64,000 bases of DNA from Bacteroidota bacterium (GCA_021300195.1 JAJTIE010000018.1:14524-78523); one strand, 5' to 3'; shown: positions 53,517 to 63,928, counted from the stretch's first letter. Translations and numbers: made by a program. Notes: generated by a model not told the origin, from the sequence alone.

Positions 53517-54791
53517 TTAGGCATCGTCTTCCTCATCCTGGGGGGCTGGGTCATTTATTACCAGCTTCACGCGCTTTACATGCGTATCGGTGGCAGTTAG
53601 CACTTGTAGTTCGAAGCGGCCTGCATGCAGGTAGGCTCCGGTGGGGGGCAGGCCCCCGTACAGGGCCAGTACCAGTCCGGCCAGTGTACCATGGCCGCCC
53701 CGGTAGGGCTCAAATTCCGCCTCTGGCAGCCCAGCTAGCCGGCATACATCCACCAGGGGCATGCGGCCAGATATAACGAAGGCATTGTCGGCCAGGCGGG
53801 TGTAGCCGGGGTCGTGGGTGTCGCCTTCATCCCGAATGTCGCCAAATATCTCCTCCAGGATATCTTCCAGCGTAATGATGCCACTGGTACCCCCGTACTC
53901 ATCCACCACAATGGCCATGTGCTGCCGCTGCTGCTGAAAAGCCCGGAGCAGGGTATTTAGCCGCTTGGTATCGGGCACATAAAAGGGCTGCCGGATCAGC
54001 TGCTGCCAGTTCTGCAGCTTGTCGGGCTGCTTTAGCAGGTCCTTCACATACAGGATGCCCATAATGTGGTCCAGGCTAGCGCGATAAACGGGTATGCGCG
54101 AATGGCCATACGCGCGGGCCGCCTGCCACACCGTTTCCGGGCTTGCCGTGTCGGGCAGGGCGCGCACATCCACGCGTGCCCGCATAATGCTGCGCACGGC
54201 CGTCTGGTCCAGGTCTACCAGCGCACGCAGAATGCGCTTTTCCTCCGCTGGCGACTCCGTTTCCGGCGTGTGCAGGATAGCCTCCTTTAGCTGCCGGGCC
54301 GTCATGCCCTCGCCTTGTTCATCCCAGGCCTGGTGGGCATACTGCGCCAGGCGGCCCAGCACGCGTCCGGGTAGGTATAGCACATAGTAGGCAGGCAAGA
54401 GCGGCAAGGTGCCCCAGCGCAAGACAGCGGCCGGAAATGCCGCCCCGAACAAACGGGGCTGATACTCGCCCACAAAAAGCTGAGCCAGAAGAGCAACAAG
54501 AAATAGCACGAGATAGAACCCAGCCGTAGCCCCGGCTGGCCAGAACGAGCGAAACAGAAACGCGAGGCTAAAAACCCAAAGCAAAATGGCGAGCGTATCG
54601 GCAATAGCGAGTGTGCCCAGAAAAGTACGCGGCTGCTCGTAGAAGGTCCGGAGCCAGCGCTCACTCAGGCCCCGGGCCCGCTGCCGCAGGCGCAGCTGCT
54701 GGCTGCCCGGCAGGCCAAAATAGGCAGACTCGTAGGCAGACAATAAGCAGGAAAAACCGAGCGAAAAAAGTGCCAGAATCAGGTAGAGCAT
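53517..54791 (-). CDS. CNNM(DUF21)-CBS-CorC_HlyC hemolysin-family membrane protein (GldE-like)
   Basis: An N-terminal 4-TM DUF21 domain is followed by a CBS pair (VRSIMRARVDV...IPVY) and a C-terminal CorC_HlyC domain (VDEYGGTSGIITLEDILEEIFGDI). Confidence 0.85.
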   Translation of the reverse strand: MLYLILALFSLGFSCLLSAYESAYFGLPGSQQLRLRQRARGLSERWLRTFYEQPRTFLGTLAIADTLAILLWVFSLAFLFRSFWPAGATAGFYLVLFLVALLAQLFVGEYQPRLFGAAFPAAVLRWGTLPLLPAYYVLYLPGRVLGRLAQYAHQAWDEQGEGMTARQLKEAILHTPETESPAEEKRILRALVDLDQTAVRSIMRARVDVRALPDTASPETVWQAARAYGHSRIPVYRASLDHIMGILYVKDLLKQPDKLQNWQQLIRQPFYVPDTKRLNTLLRAFQQQRQHMAIVVDEYGGTSGIITLEDILEEIFGDIRDEGDTHDPGYTRLADNAFVISGRMPLVDVCRLAGLPEAEFEPYRGGHGTLAGLVLALYGGLPPTGAYLHAGRFELQVLTATDTHVKRVKLVINDPAPQDEEDDA

Positions 54792-54846
54792 CTGTATCGC
54801 GATGGAATGAGTGGGGCTATGAAGATAACAGTCTGTTCAAGAATAC

Positions 54847-55818
54847 TCACAAGAGCTGAAGCTGCTGAAACAGGCGATGCATGGCCCGGGGCATGGGGTG
54901 GGCAGGCAGGGCTGCCAGGGGCACCCACTGCCAGTGCAGGGCCGGCGGCGGGGCCTGCCTGGCTAGGTATAGCTGCATCTCAAAATGCGTAAAAATGTGC
55001 GAAAAGAGCGGGGCATCTGGGCCCGCCAGCTCCTGATAGGGCAGGGTGTACAGGCCCTGCCAAAATCCCTCGGGCTTTTGCACCAGCGCCAGTTGCTGGT
55101 CTTGGATATGGAGGTAAAACGTGAAAGGGCGGCGCGGCTTGGCTTGTTTCTTGCCCCTGGTGGGCAGTTGGGCCTGTAGGCCCCTGCTATAGGCCGCACA
55201 AGACGCTCGCAGGGGGCAGTAGGGGCAGGCAGGGCGGGTGGGTGTGCACAGGGTGGCCCCCAGCTCCATCATAGCCTGATTGTGCGTATAGGCATCCTGG
55301 CTCAGCCGCGCCAGGTCATCGGCCTGTGCCTGAAAATGTTTTTTGGCGGCAGGCGTGTCTATGGGCGTATCATCTGCATACAGGCGGGCCAGTACACGAA
55401 ACACATTGCCGTCTAACACGCCCACCTGGCTATCAAAGGCAAAACAGGCAATGGCGCGGGCGGTGTAGGGCCCCACACCCCGGAGGGCAAGCAGGCCGGG
55501 CACATCCGGCGGAAAGTGGCCCTGTTGCACAATCTGCCTGGCGGCAGCCTGCAGGTTTCGGGCACGGCTGTAGTAGCCCAGGCCCTCCCAGGCTTTCAGC
55601 ACAGCAGCTTCCTCTGCATCCGCCAGGGCTGCCACGGTGGGAAACCGGCGCAGAAAACGCTCGTAGTAGGCAAGCCCTTGGTTTACGCGTGTTTGCTGCA
55701 GGATCACCTCGCTGAGCCAAATGGCGTAGGGGTCGCGGGTTTCGCGCCAGGGTAGGTCCCTCTTGTGGTGTAGGTACCAGCTTTTAAGCCCTTGCAAGGC
55801 AGTATCCATGATCCTCAA
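54847..55818 (-). CDS. mutY: A/G-specific adenine DNA glycosylase MutY
   Basis: LPWRETRDPYAIWLSEVILQQTRV, the HhH-GPD region GVGPYTARAI, and the 4Fe-4S cluster loop C...C..C.....C are present. A C-terminal NUDIX-like domain follows. Confidence 0.9.
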   Translation of the reverse strand: MRIMDTALQGLKSWYLHHKRDLPWRETRDPYAIWLSEVILQQTRVNQGLAYYERFLRRFPTVAALADAEEAAVLKAWEGLGYYSRARNLQAAARQIVQQGHFPPDVPGLLALRGVGPYTARAIACFAFDSQVGVLDGNVFRVLARLYADDTPIDTPAAKKHFQAQADDLARLSQDAYTHNQAMMELGATLCTPTRPACPYCPLRASCAAYSRGLQAQLPTRGKKQAKPRRPFTFYLHIQDQQLALVQKPEGFWQGLYTLPYQELAGPDAPLFSHIFTHFEMQLYLARQAPPPALHWQWVPLAALPAHPMPRAMHRLFQQLQLL

Positions 55819-55947
55819 AAAATAATTTATCCTGAATAAATTTTACCCTAAATTTGCTGTTAATAGTTTTACCAGTTATTAACACCGGGTTTGGCGCAGG
55901 CCAAAACCCAAAGTACGTAATCCTGCTAACTAAATTTTTTCGCTACT

Positions 55948-56250
55948 GTGACCAAAGCCGAGATTGTAAGCAAAATAGCCCAGAAAACCGGGCTGGAGAA
56001 GGCCGATGTGAGTGCCTCGCTAGAGGCCTTCTTCAAGGTTGTGAAGTCCTCCATGGCCGAGGGAGAGAACATCTACATCCGGGGCTTTGGCAGCTTCGTA
56101 GTTAAGAAACGGGCGAAAAAAGTGGCCCGCATCATTTCGCGCAATAAGCCAATTGTTATCAACGAGCACTACGTGCCCACCTTCAAGGCTGCAAAAGTCT
56201 TTATAGACAAGGTAAAAGAGAGCGACAAAATCAAGACGAAAGAGGAATAA
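55948..56250 (+). CDS. HU/IHF family DNA-binding protein
   Basis: GTG start. MTKAEIVSKIAQKTGLEKADVSASLEAFF...IRGFGSF...R.ARN-like arm. Confidence 0.9.
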   Translation: MTKAEIVSKIAQKTGLEKADVSASLEAFFKVVKSSMAEGENIYIRGFGSFVVKKRAKKVARIISRNKPIVINEHYVPTFKAAKVFIDKVKESDKIKTKEE

Positions 56251-57179
56251 TGCCGAACCAGCCACTCGAAGGGAAAAAACCGATTCGGACGAAACAGACC
56301 TACGTTTTACAGCTTGCGCTGATAGCACTGGGTGTCGTGGCGCTGGTGTTTCTCTCCTTCACAGACCGAAAGGCCCTGGTGCAGGCTGGGCCACCGGCAG
56401 CCGCTGCTGGGGCAGCTATGCCAGAAGGGAAGGAAAGGGCCCAGGCCGACACCGAGCCACTGCAAGCTGGAGACCTGGAGGCACTGACTGAAGCCCAGCA
56501 GCGCAACTGGCAAGCAAGCCAGCAGCAGCTGGCAGGGGCCCGCCAAGCGGCAGACTCGGCCACAGTGCTCCGGCAGCTGGTGCAGCAGGCCAGGCAGGAC
56601 AATCGGCCAGACTATGCCGGCTACTACGCTGGCCTGCTGGCAGCAAAAAGCGAACAGGCTACCGACCACCTGGAGGCGGCACAGCTGCTAAGCCTGGCCC
56701 GGCGGCAGTACAGCCAGCTAAAGCAAGCGCAAATAACGGTGCGTAAGCTTAACACCGAAGCCATAGCCCACTACCGGGCCTATCTGGCTGCACAACCCGC
56801 AGATGCCCTGGCCCAAGTGGGCCTGGCCAGCAGCCTGGTACAGAGCGATACACCCATGGACGGTATACGTGCCCTGCGCGAACTGGCAGAAAACAAGCAA
56901 GCTAGTGTAGAGGTACAATACCGGGCCAATATGGAGCTGGCAACCTTTTCTATCCAGACACAGCAGGCGGAAAAAGCCCTTAGCCGACTATCTGTATGTA
57001 TGGCACTGAAACCGGCAGAATTTGAGCCCTACTATCTGGCCGGACTCGCACACAAAATGCAACAACAAGCGGAAAAAGCAAGACCCTTGTTTGAAAAAGC
57101 CTTATCTTTGGCCCCCAACACTGAGATTCGGTCGGAGATTCGGGCCCTGATGGGAGAGGAATCCCAGACGATACAATAA
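56250..57179 (+). CDS. Membrane-anchored tetratricopeptide-repeat protein
   Basis: One N-terminal TM helix is followed by an Ala/Gln-rich linker and TPR-like helices (AIAHYRAYLAAQPADALAQVGLASSL...). Confidence 0.6.
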   Translation: MPNQPLEGKKPIRTKQTYVLQLALIALGVVALVFLSFTDRKALVQAGPPAAAAGAAMPEGKERAQADTEPLQAGDLEALTEAQQRNWQASQQQLAGARQAADSATVLRQLVQQARQDNRPDYAGYYAGLLAAKSEQATDHLEAAQLLSLARRQYSQLKQAQITVRKLNTEAIAHYRAYLAAQPADALAQVGLASSLVQSDTPMDGIRALRELAENKQASVEVQYRANMELATFSIQTQQAEKALSRLSVCMALKPAEFEPYYLAGLAHKMQQQAEKARPLFEKALSLAPNTEIRSEIRALMGEESQTIQ

Positions 57180-57209
57180 GAGAGTAAGACACAGTAAATT
57201 TCCACGTAT

Positions 57210-57305
57210 ATGCCCTGCGGTAAAAAGAGAAAGCGTCACAAAATGTCGACCCACAAACGCAAGAAGCGTCTTCGCAAGAATCGGCACAAGAAGAAGAACA
57301 GGTAG
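57210..57305 (+). CDS. Small basic protein, bS22-like (AURKAIP1/COX24-domain type) ribosomal protein candidate
   Basis: 31 codons, below the ORF-track cutoff: MPCGKKRKRHKMSTHKRKKRLRKNRHKKKNR*. The KRKRHKM..HKRKKRL core resembles mycobacterial and Bacteroidota bS22. Confidence 0.6.
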   Translation: MPCGKKRKRHKMSTHKRKKRLRKNRHKKKNR

Positions 57306-57432
57306 TTCTTCGCCCTGGGCAAAGCACCAGGGGCCTGAGTAGCACAGATGCTGTGCCGCTATACAGGCACACAAGCACACCCATACGCAGGTACGCCGAT
57401 TTAGCGAAAGGTATACCCAAAATAACCATGCC

Positions 57433-58989
57433 TTGGCGAATGAGCTATTAGTAAGCAGCACCGAAGAGGGGCTACAGCTTGCGATCCTGGAGAATAGACG
57501 CCTTGTTGAACTTCAGTATGAGAAACGCAACAACCTGTTTGCGGTAGGAGATGTTTTTCTGGGCAAGGTAAAGCGTGTTTTACCTGCCCTGAATGCCGTT
57601 TTTGTAGACATTGGCTACACAAAAGATAGTTTCCTGCACTACAGCGACCTGGGTCCTCAGATTGAGACACAAACCCGGTACCTCAAGTCTGTGCTCAGCT
57701 CCAACGGGCGGCACATAGCGCTAGACAAGCTGGAGGCCGTGCCAGACATTGACAAGCACGGCAAGATAAGCGAGGTGCTAAAGACGGGCCAGGTCATTCT
57801 GGTTCAGATCATGAAAGAGGCCATTAGCAGCAAGGGGCCCCGGCTGGCTAGCCAGCTATCTCTTGCTGGTCAGTACTGCATTCTGCTACCCTTTGGCGGG
57901 GGGGTTTCGGTAAGCCGAAAAATGCACAGTGGCGAGGAAAAGAAGCGCGTACGCAAGATTCTGGAAACCTGGAAGCCCCGGCACATGGGTGTCATTGCCC
58001 GTACGGCAAGCGAGGGGGTAGAGGCAGAAAAACTACAGGCCGACCTGAACCAGCTGCTAGCACGCTGGAACGCCATGGTGGAGGAACTGGTGGGGGCCAA
58101 ACCGCCCCGAAAAGTGCTGAGTGAGATAAACCGGACCAGCAGTGTACTGCGCGACATGCTTTCCATCGGCTTCGATTCCATCCTGACGGATAGCACCAGT
58201 GTGTACGAAGACCTGATGGCCTACGTAAACGAGCAGCAGCCAGACCTGAAGCGGGCTGTGCAACTCAAGAAATCGCGCGAGGGACTATTTGAGCAATATG
58301 GCGTGGAAAAACAGATCAAAGGTGCCTTTGGCAAGACCGTAAACCTGGGCAGTGGGGCCTACCTGGTGGTAGAGCACACAGAAGCCCTGCACGTGATAGA
58401 CGTGAACAGCGGGAGCCTGCGCATGCCCAGCCTAAGCCCGGAGGAAAATGCCCTGCGTATAAACCTGGATGCAGCCAGTGAGATAGCCCGACAGCTACGG
58501 CTGCGCGATATGGGCGGAATTATCGTGATCGACTTCATCGATATGCGCAGCGCCGAAAGCAAGAAAAAGGTTTTTGAGCAGCTGAGTGATGAGATGAAGA
58601 AAGACCGGGCCAGGCACACCATCCTGCCCATGAGCCGCTTTGGCCTCATACAGGTTACGCGCCAGCGGGTGCGGCCCGAGGTGAACATCAGCACCGAAGA
58701 GGTGTGCCCCAGCTGCGGCGGCACCGGCAAGATAAATCCCTCGATACTGCTGGCAGACGAGGTGAACCGAAATGTGGATTTTCTATTCCGCAAGAATAAA
58801 ATGAAGCAGCTAAGGATGAAGATGAATCCCTTCCTGGCTGCCTACTTCACCAAAGGTTTCCTCAGTAGCCCCCGCTTCAAATGGCTGAAGCGATATGGAA
58901 AGTGGGTGCGTATAGATGCGGTAACCTCCATGCCTTTCACCCAAGTGCGTTATTTTGGCGAGGGTGACGAGGAAATAAAACTGGACTAG
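57433..58989 (+). CDS. rng: Ribonuclease E/G family (RNase G/CafA-like)
   Basis: An S1 domain (VGDVFLGKVKRVLPALNAVFVDIG) is followed by the catalytic region HVIDVNSG...IIVIDFIDM and a CPxCxGxG zinc-link. Confidence 0.9.
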   Translation: MANELLVSSTEEGLQLAILENRRLVELQYEKRNNLFAVGDVFLGKVKRVLPALNAVFVDIGYTKDSFLHYSDLGPQIETQTRYLKSVLSSNGRHIALDKLEAVPDIDKHGKISEVLKTGQVILVQIMKEAISSKGPRLASQLSLAGQYCILLPFGGGVSVSRKMHSGEEKKRVRKILETWKPRHMGVIARTASEGVEAEKLQADLNQLLARWNAMVEELVGAKPPRKVLSEINRTSSVLRDMLSIGFDSILTDSTSVYEDLMAYVNEQQPDLKRAVQLKKSREGLFEQYGVEKQIKGAFGKTVNLGSGAYLVVEHTEALHVIDVNSGSLRMPSLSPEENALRINLDAASEIARQLRLRDMGGIIVIDFIDMRSAESKKKVFEQLSDEMKKDRARHTILPMSRFGLIQVTRQRVRPEVNISTEEVCPSCGGTGKINPSILLADEVNRNVDFLFRKNKMKQLRMKMNPFLAAYFTKGFLSSPRFKWLKRYGKWVRIDAVTSMPFTQVRYFGEGDEEIKLD

Positions 58990-59082
58990 AGCACGGGGGG
59001 AGGAGCACGACACCTGTCTCGCAAAGGCCACTACTCCTCCCCTGGCTCGGGCATAGGTACACACAGGTACACCCGCTGCGAC

Positions 59083-60867
59083 CTAGTGAATAAGCACCGT
59101 TCGGGCTACGGTAGTATTGGCCGTATGCAGCCGTATACTATAGGCACCCGGCTGCTGAATACCGATGCTCTGCCGCCAGGGCAGTATAGCGGTATCGATG
59201 GTATGACGCTGTACCGTGCGCCCAAGGGGATCTACTACTTCTATCCAGGCACCAGCCAGTGGCTGGCTACCACTCAGTTGTAGCTGCCCGCTACTGGGGT
59301 TGGGATAGAGTGTCCAGGCTAGCTGGCCCGTACTACCCTTGGCACGAGCGGTAAGCTGGCTCACTTCTATACCACTGGCTATCTGGGCTTGGCAGCTATT
59401 CGCATCTTGCACCCATACTTGATAGGTGCCCGCGGGCAAATCCTGAAGCGGACTGGGCAAAAAGCTGGTGGGAGGATTGGCATTCGTACTTACACCAAAA
59501 CGAAGCACGCCTGTGCCACCGCTGGCCGTGGCCATAATTTCTCCGGTAGCGCGGGCCTCTGCCATACCGGCGAATGCCGCAGGGCCAGGTACAACGGCAG
59601 AAAGTGAACTCGCGCAGCTGGCGCCACTCGGATGATTGGAAACAGCCAGGCTGATGGTACCTGCGGGTAAATCGAACAAGGTATAGGGATTGGCCGGGAT
59701 GGGTACCCATGCCTGACCTGCCTGCTGCATATAGTAGCTACCGGCCGGACTAAGTGACAGGGTAAGCGACCCATCTGTGGCACCCGGGCAGCTAGCTGCG
59801 GTAGTGGTGTGCTGTACAGAAAATGGCAGCTGGCTACCCTGGTTTATAACAAAGCTGAGGGTATAATCGCATGCACCACCACCGCTGCTGGTAGATATTT
59901 GATAGGGGCCGGTATAGGCATTGGGCGCAAAGCCATCCAGTGTAAAGGGGTTGCTGGTTACGGGGCTCCAGGTGTTTCCGTCATAAAAGTAATAGGTGCC
60001 GGCGGGACTAATGGTCAACTCTACTGAGCCATCATTGCCCAGGCAACCGGCCGGAGTAGTTGATTGGCTAACGGTAAAAGCTAGCTGTTGCCCTACGGCA
60101 ATAGTGCCACCCAACTGGTTGTAGCAGCCCGGTTGGTTATTGTCTGCCGGAGTGGTGGCCTGTGTGGTTACATCCCAGGCATAAACCCGATAGGCACCGG
60201 GTGCCAAGCCCGTAAAGCTGACCTGGCCGCCAGACGGTGTATGCAGCTGGCCCGCAACAAAAGCGCCTGTGGCAGCTGAGTACAGGCCTAGCCGAAGGTC
60301 CGACTCCGCATAACTATAGTTGGCCGTGATGCCACCAATATTTATCTGGCCGGTGCTGCCGGGGCAGGCAGAGGCGGATGCACTGGGTGCCGCTGCCTGG
60401 ATCTGGTTGTTGGAGGCCGATATACTTACATTTGTGGCTATGCGCTGCCAATCATCATCATGAATGGTGCCAATGTTACATGCGGCGCAAAGAAGTGGAC
60501 AGGAATGTACACCGCAGTTCAGGCGAACATACAGGTCATAGCTACCTGCGGACAGGCCCGAGATGGTAGCACCGGCAAAGGTGTGGTCTACCCAACCCGG
60601 ACTGGCAGGGGTAGCAGTGGTAGAGGCCGGAAAAACGGCAAACTGTAAGTCTTCGGGCGTAAATGTCTCGGTGCCAATCACATTGGCAGCAGAGAGCTGA
60701 ATGGAACCACCCTGGCCACTACATACTGCATTGGTTACGGTATAGTTGGCAGCTGGGCTGGCATTCACATAGGCAATGTCGCCATCGTCGGTATAGATGG
60801 TTTGGGCAAAAGACAACCTCGCCAGTAGGGTGAGGAGTAGGAAAATAGGGGTGCGCAGGGGTGCCAT
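59083..60867 (-). CDS. Secreted repeat protein (SprB-repeat-like Ig-like units) with T9SS C-terminal sorting domain
   Basis: Signal peptide MAPLRTPIFLLLTLLARLSFAQ. Units of the form C.G..DGS..L..SPAG.YY recur. The C-terminal WTLYPNPSSGQLQL...GAYSIRL is a sorting tail. Confidence 0.7.
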   Translation of the reverse strand: MAPLRTPIFLLLTLLARLSFAQTIYTDDGDIAYVNASPAANYTVTNAVCSGQGGSIQLSAANVIGTETFTPEDLQFAVFPASTTATPASPGWVDHTFAGATISGLSAGSYDLYVRLNCGVHSCPLLCAACNIGTIHDDDWQRIATNVSISASNNQIQAAAPSASASACPGSTGQINIGGITANYSYAESDLRLGLYSAATGAFVAGQLHTPSGGQVSFTGLAPGAYRVYAWDVTTQATTPADNNQPGCYNQLGGTIAVGQQLAFTVSQSTTPAGCLGNDGSVELTISPAGTYYFYDGNTWSPVTSNPFTLDGFAPNAYTGPYQISTSSGGGACDYTLSFVINQGSQLPFSVQHTTTAASCPGATDGSLTLSLSPAGSYYMQQAGQAWVPIPANPYTLFDLPAGTISLAVSNHPSGASCASSLSAVVPGPAAFAGMAEARATGEIMATASGGTGVLRFGVSTNANPPTSFLPSPLQDLPAGTYQVWVQDANSCQAQIASGIEVSQLTARAKGSTGQLAWTLYPNPSSGQLQLSGSQPLAGAWIEVVDPLGRTVQRHTIDTAILPWRQSIGIQQPGAYSIRLHTANTTVARTVLIH

Positions 60868-60947
60868 ATTGTTTGTTTTGGGTAATGAATGTGTTTGACT
60901 GAGTGTGGTTGTACGCAGTGGGCCTGCATTGCGTTATCTTGCGGTGT

Positions 60948-62279
60948 ATGAAGGCAGACCGCCTGGCCCCCGCCGGCCTCCTCCGCTTTACAGGCTGGCA
61001 CATGCTTACCACCAGCCTGCTGCTGCTGGGCTATATGGGCTACTATATCTGCCGGTCCAACTGGGCGGTGGTAACACCCCTGCTACTAAAGGAGTATGCA
61101 CTGATGGGCCTGACCATGGCCCACATCCAGTGGATAAGCAGTTTTGGGCTGGGTATGTATATGCTCGGCAAGGTTGTGAATGGAATACTGGGCGATTTTA
61201 TCGGAGGCAAGCTGATGTTTGTGCTGGGCATGGTCCTCTCGGTAGTGGCCACCCTGTACATGGGCCTGGCGCTGGGCTTTGGTACGCTGTTTATTGGGTG
61301 GGGGGCAAACCGGCTGGCCCAGAGCATGGGCTGGGCAGCCCTGGTAAAGAGTGTGGCACGCTGGTTCAACTATTGGCACTACGGCCAGATAATGGGTATC
61401 CTCAGCCTCAGCTACTTGTTTGGAGACAGCCTGGCACGCATTTTCCTGGGTTACCTGATTGAGGATGGCTTTGGCTGGCGTGGGATATTTTACTTTAGTG
61501 CCGCCGTACTATCCACTGTAGCGCTGATTACCTGGTGGATGCTGCCCGGCTCGCCCGAGCAGAAAAAACTACCGCCCGCGCGCATCAATCCACAAAACCT
61601 TTTTGGCGAGGCTGGGGACAAACCGCAAGCTTACGGCATGCTTCGGCTGATAAAGCCCTTCTTTTCGCATCACGCCTTCTGGCTAGTGGCCCTCATGAGT
61701 TTTGGTCTAACGGGTGCCCGGGAGCTGATTAATCAGTGGAGTGTACTTTATCTGGAAGAAATCAGTGGGATGGCCGCTGGAATGGCGGCCCGCTATAGTG
61801 CCATTTTTTCCTTTGTGGGAGGTATTTCGGCCTTGATCTTTGGTTTTGGCACAGATAGATGGGCGCGTGGCAAGCGAGGAGCCCTTATACTGGGCTCCAT
61901 GGTCCTGCTGCTGCTCATCAGCCTGGCATTTTATGCTGCCGGGCAGCGCAGCTCACTGTGGGCAAGCCTGGTAGGGCTTGGGGTAGTGGGTTTTCTGCTG
62001 ATCGGGCCCTATACTTTTTTGGCAGGTGCCATTGCGCTGGACCTGGGAGCCAAGAAGGCCTCGGCTACGGCTGTGGGCCTGATAGATGGGGCTGGCTATC
62101 TGGGTGCCTTGTCCAGTGGCATCGTGGCGGCCTACCTGCTGCGGCAGTACACGTGGAACGCGCTTTTTCTGCTCATAGCCCTGCTGTGCAGCCTCACAGC
62201 GCTGGCTGCTTTCCTATACTGGCGCAGCTACGAGCGGGCTAGTAAACCTGCCGCCGCTGGCGGAGCGACTGGCGAATAA
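60948..62279 (+). CDS. MFS transporter (organophosphate/sugar-phosphate antiporter-like)
   Basis: About 12 TM helices. YYICRSNWAV and GDFIGGK motifs resemble the GlpT/UhpC-type subfamily. The internal ATG at 60948 is preferred over 60903. Confidence 0.75.
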   Translation: MKADRLAPAGLLRFTGWHMLTTSLLLLGYMGYYICRSNWAVVTPLLLKEYALMGLTMAHIQWISSFGLGMYMLGKVVNGILGDFIGGKLMFVLGMVLSVVATLYMGLALGFGTLFIGWGANRLAQSMGWAALVKSVARWFNYWHYGQIMGILSLSYLFGDSLARIFLGYLIEDGFGWRGIFYFSAAVLSTVALITWWMLPGSPEQKKLPPARINPQNLFGEAGDKPQAYGMLRLIKPFFSHHAFWLVALMSFGLTGARELINQWSVLYLEEISGMAAGMAARYSAIFSFVGGISALIFGFGTDRWARGKRGALILGSMVLLLLISLAFYAAGQRSSLWASLVGLGVVGFLLIGPYTFLAGAIALDLGAKKASATAVGLIDGAGYLGALSSGIVAAYLLRQYTWNALFLLIALLCSLTALAAFLYWRSYERASKPAAAGGATGE

Positions 62280-62937
62280 GGCCGAGCAGCAGTCGTTCGT
62301 CTGGAACGCCGGTGTGGTGCAAGGTCTGGTTAATAATCACGCGAGGGACACCCCGGATTCCGTACTGCGCAACCAGCTCCGGAAACTGCGTGGCATTTAC
62401 GATGTTCGTGCGAATGTAGTAGGGATTTACGATGGCAAACTGATTGGCCAAGTGGGCCGCTACCGGGCAGTAGAAGCAGGTGGGCGTAACGAACACGTCC
62501 AGGGTAATCAGCTCATCTATGGCCTGCAGCTCGTGCACAACAGAAGAAGAAAGGCTGGTTTCGGCCCCAGAGGTCATGGCTATTGCCCTCAGAAAAGAAT
62601 TCAGCTCGTAGCCGGACGGGATGCCATAGTAGCGTATGTGGTGGTCTACCTCGCCCAGCAGGCGTATAGCGGGTAGCCAGCGGATGTACAAGGCGCTGTC
62701 CAGCTCATCCAGGCTCTTTACCTCCTGCTGGTGCAAGCGGATGGATGAACTACAGGCAGCAAAATGCGCGGCAAAACGTGCTGTCCACTCGCTGTTACAC
62801 ACATTTTTGACAAACCGATCGCGAAAGCATTTTTGCCTTGCATAGGTATACAGGCTTACCGGAGCCTGCACATGCCGACCCAGGTACTCGGTTATTTCTG
62901 CCGCCTGTCCCTTTGAAAACATGGGATGGTAAGGCAA
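62239..62937 (-). CDS. Thioredoxin/glutaredoxin-like protein (two-domain)
   Basis: The C-terminal domain VFVTPTCFYCPVAAHLANQFA...YGIRGVPRVII has a CxxC and the cis-Pro context of the Thioredoxin_3/glutaredoxin-like fold. Confidence 0.6.
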   Translation of the reverse strand: MPYHPMFSKGQAAEITEYLGRHVQAPVSLYTYARQKCFRDRFVKNVCNSEWTARFAAHFAACSSSIRLHQQEVKSLDELDSALYIRWLPAIRLLGEVDHHIRYYGIPSGYELNSFLRAIAMTSGAETSLSSSVVHELQAIDELITLDVFVTPTCFYCPVAAHLANQFAIVNPYYIRTNIVNATQFPELVAQYGIRGVPRVIINQTLHHTGVPDERLLLGLIRQSLRQRRQVY

Positions 62938-63001
62938 GAAACCACCTCAAAAGTTCCGTGCAGGGCTACAGGAACCGGAAATAGCTGCTACACGGGCAAA
63001 T

Positions 63002-63928
63002 TTATTGCTCTATGGGATTGGCCAATCCCACAAACTGTAGCACCGCGGCCAATAAGCACAAGCCCAATGCCAGCCACAGGATGGGCCGGTGCAGTAGCAC
63101 TGCCTGCTGCACATAGCGCGGCATTCGGTTGGCCTGCAGATATTGATCCAGGTGGCGGAGGGATGCAGCCATATCCTGGGGGTACCCGGGCGTGTAGATG
63201 CGGCCAGCCGTATGACTACATATCTGGCGAAGATAGTTTCGTGCAGACTGCGCGTCAGCCGTGTCGCCCAGATAAATACCCTGCACGGCTACCTGATGTG
63301 CCCGTGCATAGCGGGCCACCGCCTCTGGGTCCATCATGCCCGTATTGTTCTGTGCATCGGTTACCAGGATTAAAATACGATCCGAAGCCGTAGCCTGGCT
63401 TAACCGCTGGATGCCCAGGCCAATGGCATCGCCCAGATTGGAACCTGCCGGGGGTATCATGCCCACATGTACCTCTGCCAGCTGGGCTAGCAGATAGGGA
63501 TGGTCTTGTGTAATGGGCACAAATGACAGGGCCCGCTGAGCAAATAGACCCAAGCCTATACGGTCCTGCGGGCGCTGCTGAACGAACTGGCTGATAGCGT
63601 GGCGCGCCACTGCCAGCCGGTTGGGCTTCCAGTCCGTAGCCAGCATACTGCTAGATATATCCAGCATGATCACCACCTCCAGGCCGCGGCCAGTGTCTTG
63701 AGCAGTACGCACGTAGCGTACCGGCCGGGCCAGTGCCACAACTAGCAGGAGCCAGGCTAGTAGATAGCAGGCGGGTACCAGTACACTCAGCAGCCAGCCG
63801 CCGGGCCCAGGGGCAGGCGCGTAGGTATACTGCAGGGCTATGCGGCGCCGGCGCCGAAACCTGCGGTAGAGCCAGAGCGCAGGTAGCCCCAGCACAAAGG
63901 CAAACATCCAGGGATACTCAAAGCTCAT
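63002..63928 (-). CDS. VWA domain-containing membrane protein (BatA-like)
   Basis: Start MSFEYPWMFAFVLGLPALWLY is followed by a TM helix and the vWA MIDAS motif MLDISSSM. The internal ATG at 63928 is preferred because the upstream gene appears to terminate overlapping it. Confidence 0.8.
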   Translation of the reverse strand: MSFEYPWMFAFVLGLPALWLYRRFRRRRRIALQYTYAPAPGPGGWLLSVLVPACYLLAWLLLVVALARPVRYVRTAQDTGRGLEVVIMLDISSSMLATDWKPNRLAVARHAISQFVQQRPQDRIGLGLFAQRALSFVPITQDHPYLLAQLAEVHVGMIPPAGSNLGDAIGLGIQRLSQATASDRILILVTDAQNNTGMMDPEAVARYARAHQVAVQGIYLGDTADAQSARNYLRQICSHTAGRIYTPGYPQDMAASLRHLDQYLQANRMPRYVQQAVLLHRPILWLALGLCLLAAVLQFVGLANPIEQ

